From Octopus sinensis (Eukaryota): 64,000 nucleotides of DNA. Location of the stretch: positions 1 to 64,000 of the forward strand of contig NW_021837039.1 in NCBI RefSeq assembly GCF_006345805.1, in the 5' to 3' direction. Shown one piece after another: positions 54,301 to 64,000 of this stretch. The notes below the pieces were generated by a model. That model saw only the letters and a list, made by a program, of their open reading frames with translations. It searched no databases and was not told the origin of the DNA. The position numbers and the translations under genes are program-made. Numbering within the stretch: the first letter of the stretch is position 1; the number at the start of each line of letters is the position of its first letter.

Positions 54301-54760
54301 AACCAACGTGCTAGATGCGAGGATGGCCCTCAACCAACACCTCAACGCCAAGCACGAAGGTTGCGTCGTCATAGCTAAAATGCGTGCCTTAAGGAACGAA
54401 GGGATCGAAGCTGCGCGAAGGGCCCGGGTAGCGGAAGTGCAGCGTGGCAACAGAGCCACCATTCGGTCTCTAATAGATCAACAGGGATGCAGTTTACTCG
54501 AACCCGAAAAGATGTGTGAGGCCTTTCAATAGCACTTTGCTCGACTGTTTGGTGCCAGTGGTGGGTCGGAACGCGGGATGGATTTTAGTGCCTACCTGAC
54601 CGACCTGCCACAGCTCTCGGCAAGAGAAGCGAAGTGTTGTGAAAGTCCCATCACAGTCGTTGACGTGCGGGAGGCGATGGCGGGCTGCGCGAGGGATAAG
54701 TCGCTGGATTGATGGTTTATCCTACGAGCTGTATTGTCAAATGCCAGACTCGTTTGGCGA
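51386..54760 (+). mobile_element. Tx1 copy D (subfamily 2): 5' end, ORF1, endonuclease; 3'-truncated
   Basis: 5' terminus follows (TCTA)n. ORF1 52155-52655 has CYNCGSLEHLIAKC (CX2CX4HX4C) and ends ..EMSK* at 53439. ORF2 ATG at 53506, with ~165 bp missing after CVN. Confidence 0.92.
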
Positions 54761-57535
54761 GCAGATTTCTTTCGACGTCTAGAGTCTTTCATGGGAACGC
54801 CTCGTCCTTTACTTTTAGTGGGGGATTGGAATGCCACCCTGGACATGGCATCTAGACTACGTGGGCAGAGATAGCAATAGAAGGGGATGCAAATGCCTCA
54901 AAGACCTGCTCAGACGTTTCCAACTGTCTGACAGGTACCGACTGGACCACCCGAATGTGCCAATGTGGACATGGAGTAACCGCATCGGGTCGTCCAGATC
55001 ATACTTAGATAGAGTATTCTGTAGGACAATAGATAAAAATAGTGTAGGTTGTCCACAATTTCATATAGTCAGTTACACAGATCACAAGTTTGTGACTTGT
55101 ACACTTGACTTAGATAAGACACATAGGCAGGGTCCTGGTTACTGGAAACTGAACGCGTCTTTTACAGCACGACAGGTTTACAGGGACCGGATCAGCACAT
55201 TAGTTAAGAGAGATTTGACGGGTACCATCATCATCAACAGATGGTAGTATACCCTAAAAAAAAAGCAATTAAAGCAGAATCAGTCAGATACAGTAAAGCC
55301 CTATCTTTAGACCGAAATAGAATAGAGGGAGAATTAGTTAAGGTTTTAGAAGGGGCACTTAGAACTGGCATCGCGTCCAACGTGCTGGCGGCGAGATTGG
55401 CCCTCGACCAACACCTCAACGCCAAACACGAATGATGCGTTGTCAGAGCTAGGATGCGTGCTCTGAGGAACGAAGGAGTTGGAGCCGCCCAAGAGGCACG
55501 AGTGGTGGAGACGCAACGAGGCAACAGAGCAACCATCATGGGGCGCGAATTGCTCGAGCCTAAAAGGATGTGTGGGGCTTTTCAAGAACACTTCACCCAA
55601 CTGTTTGGGACAAGTGGTGGGTCAGAACGCACAGTGGACTTTAGTGCCTACCTGCATGCCTTGTCACGACTCTCAGCAAGAGAGGTGGAGTCTTGTGAAA
55701 GCCTATCACAGCTGCGGACGTACAGGATGAGATGGAGGCTGCGCGAGAGACAAGTCACCAGGCTTGGATGTCTGCCCTACCAACGTTATTTGTCATATGC
55801 CAGACTTGTTTGGAGGCGTCTTGGCAGCTGTCTACTGCAACTGGCAGCAAAACGGGAGTATTCCTGCTTTTGTAAAGCGAGGAGCAGTGCACTGATTAAG
55901 AAAGACCCAAACAAGGGGACGTCATAGATCATTTCAGGCCCATCACTCTGCTCAACGCAGATTTGAAATTTGGCCAGGTGTTAGCCGAGGTTGCGCTTGT
56001 CATCAAGAACTATCGACAAGGCGCAAACATGCGCCGTGCCGGGTAGAAGTATTCATGACAACCTCCATCTGATGCGCTACATCATAGACAGGGTAGTTAG
56101 AATCCTGGCATGGGTGGGGCGCTGATCAATTGGATCAATCAAAAGCTTTCGATAGGGTAGACCATCACTACTTGGAGGCTGTCCTCAAAGCGGCTGGTTT
56201 CGGTCCAGTTTTCCGCGGTTGGATCGCTGCCTTATACAGCGTCATCCGCTCAGTAGTTCGCGTAAATGGTCATCTATCCAGACCTTTTAACATCATGCGT
56301 TCGGTTCGTCAGGGATGCCCTCTCTCATCGCTGCTGTATGTATTGACTCTTGAGCCACTACTGCGGAAACTGGCGACGCTGAGGGGCATCCCACGAGAGC
56401 TGGGATGCGGGAGGAGCGTGTCTGCATACGCGGATGACGCAACCGTCATAGTGTCGAGCTACCAGCACATCGAGCTGGTCGGCGAGACACTAAAAGAATA
56501 CGAAGCGGTAACGGGAGCAAAAATTAACCGGGAAAAGTCAATGGGCTTGCGGCTCGGCACCTGGAGAAGCAGGCCCATGCCGTCCAACTGCGTCTCCATC
56601 GTGGGACGCTGGACGGACGGACCGGTTAAATTGCTCGGGGTCTGGTTCGGTCCGGACCTCCAAATGGAGAAGAACTGGGGCGAGATAACGACTAGGGTGG
56701 CTACTCTCACCCAGAAATGGGCTGAGAGAAAGCTATCCCTAAAAGGTCGGGCGGAGGTGGCGAACGCGTACATCGCATCCGTCATCGAGTATCGTCTGAC
56801 CGTCGTGCCTTGTCCCGATCCTACCATCACCAAACTGGAACGTATACTCTTCCGCTTCCTGTGGAAGGGAAACGTTCCGATGGTTAGGCGATCCATTTGG
56901 TGTCAACACCCGCTAAATGGAGAGCTGGGCATGGCGTGGTTGATGACATGCGCTGAGACTGCGACATCTCCGGCGCTTCATAGACGACGGTGAACAGGTG
57001 TGGTCGCCTTTTGTGCGGTGCGCTTTCCCGCAGCTCGTCTCCTTGGGCGAACTACAGTCATGGATCAAGCAGAGACCGAGTCTAGGCGAATGGCACCGCG
57101 AGTGTCGTGTTGCTCTCAAGCATCTCTGCCGTCCGGGATCGAACTTGTGCGACTCCACCACAACAAAGGCATTCTATATATATGTTGCAAAGATGGTGCG
57201 TGCGAGTGACGAAACCATTTTGAGCATGACCCTGTAAATCGTAAAAAAGAAAGAGAGAGAGCATTTTGCTCTCATGTGGTTATTTCCTCCCTGACTGAGG
57301 TTCCCGTGGTCTTTTTTGTAGGCTTTTCTTCCCATGGATGAACCCAATCTTGTTTTATCAATGTTTTTATCAATGTTTCTGTGATACACGATTTCTCCCC
57401 CCCCCCTTTTTTTCCTCTCGATCCCTTTTGATCGCAATCTTACATTTATATCCTTTTTTCCACCATCGAAAAGAAAAGCTCTACATTTGTATTTGTCCCC
57501 TCTGTATTCAGCCCTGTGTGGCTAATAAAAGAAAG
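54761..57535 (+). mobile_element. Tx1 copy F (subfamily 1-like), fused to D; ~570-bp deletion near the 3' end
   Basis: Restarts inside the endonuclease (gcagatttctttcgacgtc). RT ORF 56130-56993 has YADD. The CCHC region is deleted at ~57180. The 3' terminus is followed by (TCTA)n. Confidence 0.92.
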
Positions 57536-57570
57536 TTATCTATCTATCTATTTATCTCACTACCTATGTT

Positions 57571-57647
<77 letters not shown>

Positions 57648-58379
57648 TTATCCAATATGTTTGTGCGTGTGTGTGCGAGTGTACACCTCTATATCTGTCT
57701 GTCTGTTAGGTTATATGTCTATGTGTCTATCCCTCCTTCTTTGCAGCTTTATGCACACCCGCCTACATACACACACGCACGCACGCACACACACACACAT
57801 ACACACATACACGCACACATACACACACACATTCATCTGAAAGCCACTTTTCCCTTCTTCCTTTTACATTTCAGGCGTGAAACCAATAACACCTTTCTGA
57901 AAATTGTCACACACACAGCCACACACACACACACGCATACTCACACACATGCATACACACACGCACACACACACACGCACACATACACACACGCACGCAC
58001 ACGTGCATGCACACACAGATACAGACATACACACACGCAGACGCACACACAGAGACACGCACGCACACGCACCCATACACAAATACTCATACATAATATA
58101 CATTTCAACTCAGACATACGTGGGCGGTTGCAAATGTTTATGTCTGTGCAACACATATGTAACACTGCTCATGATATATACAAGTGGTCACCGACAAAAT
58201 AACAGAATCAAACATAATGACCAACAAAATTGGAGGGAAAAATTCGATAGCAGATGCTGCTAACTGGAACGAGCGCTGTAGGGAATGGTCAGTTTGTAAA
58301 GATTCTAAACAATTTTTAAAAATCTTGTAAGTGGCACTAGTGATAAGACAAAGCAAATTTTTTTAGGCAGAAAGGTATA

Positions 58380-58747
58380 TATTTCTTTACTACCCACAAG
58401 GGGCTAAACATAGAGGGGAGAAACAAGGACAGACAAAGGAATTGAGTTGATTTCATCGAACCCAGTGCGTAACTGGTACTTAATTTATTGACCCCGAAAG
58501 GATGAAAGGCACAGTCGACGTCGGCGGAATTTGAACTCAGAACGCAGCGGCAGACGTAATACCTATTTCTTTACTACCGACAAAGGGCTAAACCTAGAGG
58601 GGACAAATAAGGACTGACAAAGGAATTGAGTTGATTATATCGACTCCAGCGCGTAACTCGGCGGAATTTGAACTCGGAACGTAATGACAGACGAAATACG
58701 GCTACGCATTTCGCCCAGCGTGCTAACGGTTCTGCCAACTCGCCGCC
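58380..58747 (-). mobile_element. Dimeric SINE family 1 (Tx1-like tails) with 19-bp TSD
   Basis: TSD ttttaggcagaaaggtata at 58361-58379 and 58748-58766. Same internal restart as 49540. Confidence 0.93.
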
Positions 58748-60289
58748 TTTTAGGCAGAAAGGTATAATAGTTTGTGACATACAGTCGAGACAGATGTGTA
58801 TGTATTAGTCGTTGGTTAGCGTATTAAGGATAATTACAAGGTGGACTATGCGAATGCGCGGTGTTTATTTATAACCGAGAATGAGGAAGTGCCTCGGCTA
58901 AATATGACGACAAATGTAAGGAACGTTAGAGTTCCCGTTTCTTCACGGCAATAAATTTATTCGGCTGTTTTATTATTTGCAGTACGTATAAATAGCTGTC
59001 AGAAAACCTCTTAATTTTTTTACACAGACTTAGAGGACAGTATACACTGAAGTAAACTGAATAAATTCACATGAAAGACTAGACATAATTTTAAACAGTC
59101 TCATACACCATTAATCATTGTCACATTCACATACGTACACAAATATAACTAAAGGTACTCTCGGTCTTGTGCGCAATGATCTGTGCACACATACTCACAC
59201 GTGCACATGGGCACACTCACACACACACACACTCACATACACACATAGCCACATACATACACACACACACTCACAGACACATTCCGATACATATACATAC
59301 AGACGAATACGCATAGAATATCAATCATGCTATAGCTCATACGCAGGCTGAAAAGCTAATCGCTTTCGTTTGACTAAACAGTCCAACTCTGAAAAACTGG
59401 AAAGTTGAAAGCTGAAAGCTAAGAATTTAACTGTTTTTAACTGAGTAAACAGACTAAATTAGACATAAAATAAATCCCAGCTGATATGCTGAGTATTTGA
59501 AAGTAGACTGTGGTAATATAAGAGTATGTAAGCAAAAGTAATATCGCAAACAAGTATGGCAATTGAACGAAGAGAAAACTACTTAGGATGTCATTTTGTA
59601 AATGCTTATCGACTTTACCATTTGCATTTTTTTTTTAATATGAGATCCGGGGAAGATGGCGGTGCATTCATATGTTCTGTGGAATCACTAGTTGAAAGTA
59701 AAACTAACAGCGGTTTCGCGATGGTTTGATCATATAAAGGATTATTGGTATTTCTATTACTGTATTAGCCAGACTGAATATATTTTCGAAAAAGAAAGGA
59801 GAATATATATTCGATTGAACCACTGCGATTTATAACTGGTATTTGTTTTATCTGTTTAAGAGTGTTGAAATGTTAAATCAATCAAGCGAAATGTGATGTG
59901 AACCACATTATGATACGGTATATTTTCTTGATATCCTTTTACTTGTCTAACTCATTGGACTGCGACCATTTTGGGGAACAGACTTCAAAGATTTAGTTAT
60001 CAAATCAATCCGGTACTAATTTATTTACTGTAAATGTTTGGTTCTGATACTCTCTGAAAATTTTTGCTCAAATGCAAAGTTACATGGATTGTAAAAATAG
60101 AACACTGGTTGTCAAGCGGAGACGGTAAAACACAACCAGTCATGCGCACAGATACACTCATACACAGCGGGATTCCGAACAGTACCAAATTTCAATTTGA
60201 TAAAAACAACGTATATTAACTGGAAATTAAAGATATCAATGAATTTACACCCAGGCAAGTCATCAAGTGCTATCAGCGGAGAAAGTTCG

Positions 60290-60435
60290 ATTGAGAAACA
60301 GCTTAGTATTTCAGTATTGATCGTCACACAGAGGTTGTGTAGAGAACGGTATAGTTAGGTGAAGAAGAAAACAGGGTGGCTGCAGAAATTGTGTGAGAGA
60401 AGGGGGGGTGAAAGAGTGAGGGGAGACAAGGAGAG

Positions 60436-60466
<31 letters not shown>

Positions 60467-61290
60467 AAGGGAGAAGAGAGAGAGCGAGCAAAGTTGGCAG
60501 TTAAAAATATCATTAAACATTGATGTGCAACTGAGAGAAGGATTGCAGATTCTAAGGACGTGTTGTTCATATAGTTGCGTAAGAACAGAACTGAAAAATT
60601 GTAGTTAAGACCGAAGATTTGCAAGAAAGAAGCCAATTATTTCAAATGTTCATAAGACCAAAATGTTTAACTGGACTAAAGAGTTTTGCAACGTGGAGGT
60701 CAAGTTTTGGTCGTTAATAGCCTAGTGCGACGAAAGCAGATGCTGCCACATTTCTGGTTAAAGATAAATATCTGTGTGCTGGAACACAAGTGAAACATAG
60801 GAGGTGGATTGTTGCTTGCTTGCAAAGAGTAACGAAACAAGGAAGGGATGGATTATTACATTAGTGTAAGGAAAGAAGATAAGCTAGCCATAGCTAATGC
60901 TGGTTGAAAATCATTTAAGCGGCCCGAAATATTGCCAAAGACTTGCAAAAAAGGTCTGTTCCAAATCATGGAACTTATATGATAATGAATTATTTCCTCA
61001 AGAAGACGAAGTTTTATGACGTATAAGCATGGAAACAAAACTTGGATCAAATCTTTGAAATGGGTGGCTCATCCGATATTAATCCAATAATATACACCTG
61101 GGAAAATCTTGATATAAGATTAGGTACTTGATCATTGAACATTGAATTACTTACACTGATGAAAGAAGCATTCGCTGTTGAGAGGATAAACATGGAATAA
61201 TCTGTCATTGATAATTTAATCATGTCTACGTCTAATTGGGTTAAAGCCGTGATGTTAGCAAAAGGTGGGCCTTCTAGTTACCGAGGTAAA
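60290..61290 (+). mobile_element. Tc1-like transposase relic
   Basis: RFARKKPIISNVHK..FNWTKE, CDES-like, SDINPI..W, DNLIMSTSNWVKAVMLAKGGPSSY (Tc1 C-terminal pattern). Many stops. Confidence 0.75.
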
Positions 61291-61767
61291 TATTTGGCTA
61301 ATTTTTCACGAAGTTAAATTGAGGTAGTGTTATACGTATTATGCTGATTGTAAAGTTATTACAGTTCACTGTAAACAAACACACACACACGCACACACAC
61401 AGAGGCAAACTCACGGTCACCATTAAGATGGAACTCTAAGGGAAAACAGTCTTTGTACGGCATGAATAGATCGCTGAACGACCACGGTTCATTAGTTGGT
61501 CACAAGTTCAGCCCCTAGTTAGAGCTGCTGTTATTAATTTGCAGCCAAGAAGACTGTGAAGCAACACTAATGAAATCCCTTATTCGAGTAGTCATTTGAT
61601 CATTGAACTCTGTGATTCGAAACCACCCCAAATACAAGGTCACATATCCAGCATCAATTAAACAATTAGTGCACATGTTTTTGAACGAGAATACTTTCCA
61701 GTCGTCTTCAGGTGCAAAGTATTTTGATGCTTATTTTTCAGCTGAGATTACTTAAACTTGTAATGTT

Positions 61768-62160
61768 GGTTTCAAATTTCGGTTCAAGGCGGCAATTTCG
61801 GAGGATCTCAGCGCTCTTTCGGTCGTCGTTGTTTCTTCGGCGGCGGTGAGCGGGCGCTCGCGTCGCGCCGTCGGTGGGCCGGTTTGACGTCGGGGTGTCG
61901 CGCGCGTTTGCGACGATGAAAAACCGCTACTTCCGTAGTTTCCTCGCTCACTCGATGGAGAAAGGATCGGGCCGTCGCCGAGTGGTGGTTCAGTTTCGGA
62001 GGATCTCAGCGCTCAAGTAGAACTTATCTTATTAACCACGAAAGGATGAAAAACAAGGTTGACCTTGGCGTAATTCAAACTCAAAACGTAAGGAATTCAA
62101 CTCAAATCGGAATTCAAACTCAAAACGTAAGGACGAACGAAATGCCTGTAAGCATTCTAC
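61768..62160 (-). mobile_element. Decayed SINE family 1 interrupted by a GC-rich insert
   Basis: ggtttcaaatttcggttcaaggcggcaatttc..ccacgaaaggatgaaa..ttgacc..tcaaactcaaaacgtaa matches the family core. Confidence 0.75.
61817..61993. other. 177-bp, 64% GC orphan insert with 21-bp direct repeat
   Basis: tttcggaggatctcagcgctc at 61796-61816 and 61994-62014. Hand count 113/177 G+C, CpG-rich. Confidence 0.85.
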
Positions 62161-62202
62161 CAACTCTGTGCTTTAACTAAATGAGTAATCTTTATGCTGA
62201 GA

Positions 62203-62467
62203 CCCCCTTCGGTCATGAAGGTTGTTTATGGAAGCCCAGCAGTTACCTATGCATACGGACCTCCCCTCTCCACGCCGCCTGTGCTATCCAAGGGAAAGGC
62301 AAAGGCCGATACAGCTTGGCACCTGTGATGTCGCAACTCATATCTACAGCTGAGTGACCTGGAGCAACGTAAAATAAAGTGTCTTGCTCAAGAACACACA
62401 CGCAACCCGATCCGGGATTCGAACTCACGACCTCACGATCGCAAGTTCGACGCTCTAACCACTGAAA
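62203..62467 (-). mobile_element. tRNA-derived SINE family 2
   Basis: The reverse complement matches 15137-15480, including the B-box gagttcgaatccc. Confidence 0.9.
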
Positions 62468-63001
62468 CAATATTAATGCCAAAATATAATATATATATCT
62501 ACCAATTAAAGAGTATGTTCTGTTTGAACATAGGATACTGCATTATTTATCATGAACGATTCTCTCATATGGACTTATGGTGAATAATAACAAACCTTTA
62601 TATCACGCTGACAGGCGATAGTCGCTAGCTACGGCCACCGGGACTGCCTGATCATGTGACTTCGCCCTTCATTGTGTGTATGTGTGTGAATGGCTGACGT
62701 TAAGGTAGACAGAGCAGCTGATATAAGGAATCTCAGTGTCTATTCAGTCCCTGGTGTCGCAAATAACCATTGAGCTTATTAAAACAATTAATTAATCGAG
62801 ACAGAGGCAGTAATAATACCAAAATAAAATATTTATTTTCCACTTAAAAGTGGATGTTGTGTTCGAACACAAAATACTAGGTTATTTATCTCGAGAGAAC
62901 CTCTCATTTGGAAAACACTTGTGCTTATATCGCTTTCGGTGATAAAAGTTCGATACGTCTGTCAGAATAGCCATCTCACTTGCTACCCTTCTTGTTTATA
63001 T

Positions 63002-63426
63002 TCGCATACTACATGATGAATTTATTCGTAAAATTCTTCCCGGCATGCCCGTGTAAATTTTGCGTCTGCGCAGAGATTTGAAAAGTTAAGATCTGCTAGT
63101 AGTCGGGTTTAACACATAGTCCCACATCGCTGCAGACCTCGATTAAATTCAGGCGACTCGCTGATGAAGCTGGCCTTAGCAAACATATTCTGTGTTTTGC
63201 TAGAAAGAAGCAGAAACCGCGGTACGAGTTGTTAAAGTTATCGGTAAACGTTTTTGATTTTCACTCTCGATAAATTCATCCCCTTTTGTGTTCCCAGCAC
63301 TCGGCATCTTTATTTAGGAGCCCTTAATTGTATAACTACATGAATAATATTTTTCTATATGAATAATATTTTTGTCTTATGACTAATTCGTCTTTTGTGC
63401 TGAGCACCTGGTAGTAAATAATATTA
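63002..63426 (+). mobile_element. 425-bp non-coding retroelement with 19-bp TSD carrying a hammerhead (solo Penelope pLTR / retrozyme-like)
   Basis: TSD ctacccttcttgtttatat at 62983-63001 and 63427-63445. No ORF. Hammerhead at 63155-63230. Confidence 0.75.
63155..63230 (+). ncRNA. Minimal type-I hammerhead ribozyme motif
   Basis: gactcg-CTGATGA-agct..tagcaaacata/tgtgttttgcta..agca-GAAA-c-cgcg-g-TA^cgagtt. 6-bp stem I, intact core, extended stem II, palindromic CGCG loop, GUA triplet at 63222-63224. Confidence 0.8.
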
Positions 63427-63437
63427 CTACCCTTCTT

Positions 63438-63484
<47 letters not shown>

Positions 63485-63487
<3 letters not shown>

Positions 63488-63640
63488 CTGGGCGTAGGTC
63501 CGTTAATCCGTTATTCGTTAATTAATGATGTTAATATTTTCGTCAACGATTTAGATTTTAAGTTAACTTTGAAAATGATTATCGGACTAATTGACTTCTT
63601 TTACATTTAGCTTCCGTTAACTCAAGTCCGTTAACCACCA
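63485..63640 (+). mobile_element. Possible DNA-transposon end with ccgtta subterminal repeats
   Basis: gctgggcgtaggtccgttaatccgttattcgttaa..ccgttaa..ccgttaa. No partner TIR in the window. Confidence 0.3.
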
Positions 63641-64000
63641 AATTTCATAAAAACCAGTAAACATTTAAAAGTTTCTATTGTTTTCATAGCATACTTAATA
63701 CTGTACGCGTCATTCTTTCAACCCCGATATATTATTATAAACAACTTGTAGGTCCTCGTTTGGCCATGCCTGGATTTGATACCAAATCTACCCGTTTGTT
63801 GCTTGCAAAGTCAGCGGAAACTTTCTTTGTCCTGTCAAGATGGAACAATGATTGATGTGTTTCCACATGCTCAGTGACCTTGCTGAAGTGGATGTGAACA
63901 GAGAATATATTGACCTCCATATAGTGGAAAAAATAAATGGCATGCTACAAAAAGCAGCACGTTCATGCGGGATTTCGATGTCACGTTTGCTGAAAGCATG

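Noticed and set aside
59640-59670. YY1-like aagatggcgg promoter motif
   Set aside because: A single short motif with no linked exon or CpG island.

Overview
AT-rich, repeat-saturated animal DNA; the SINE families and (TA)n/(CA)n/(TCTA)n/(ATT)n load suggest a cephalopod (Octopus-like) genome, which is an inference. I can support no intact host gene. Most long ORFs in the track are microsatellite artefacts or decayed retroelement ORFs. Main content: (1) six copies or pieces of a Tx1-clade LINE (APE+RT+CCHC, two subfamilies) at 25.7-37.2 kb and 49.5-57.5 kb, with every preserved terminus abutting (TCTA)n; (2) a tRNA-headed SINE whose last ~40 nt match that Tx1's 3' terminus, suggesting a SINE/LINE pair, although the SINE inserts at non-TCTA sites with 12-19 bp TSDs; (3) four minimal type-I hammerhead-ribozyme-like motifs with palindromic stem-III tetraloops (5.9, 8.3, 40.6, 63.2 kb), one inside a 425-bp insertion with a 19-bp TSD and one in the centre of a foldback repeat, with an unusual A.A apposition at the base of stem II in two (probably three) of them; (4) a cluster of R4/Dong-like LINE fragments in trinucleotide microsatellites at 12-20 kb; (5) RTE, Tc1 and maT/DD37D relics, MITE-like palindromes, a possible microsatellite-shredded LRR relic (20.8-25.4 kb) and a TSD-flanked 64%-GC orphan insert at 61.8 kb.
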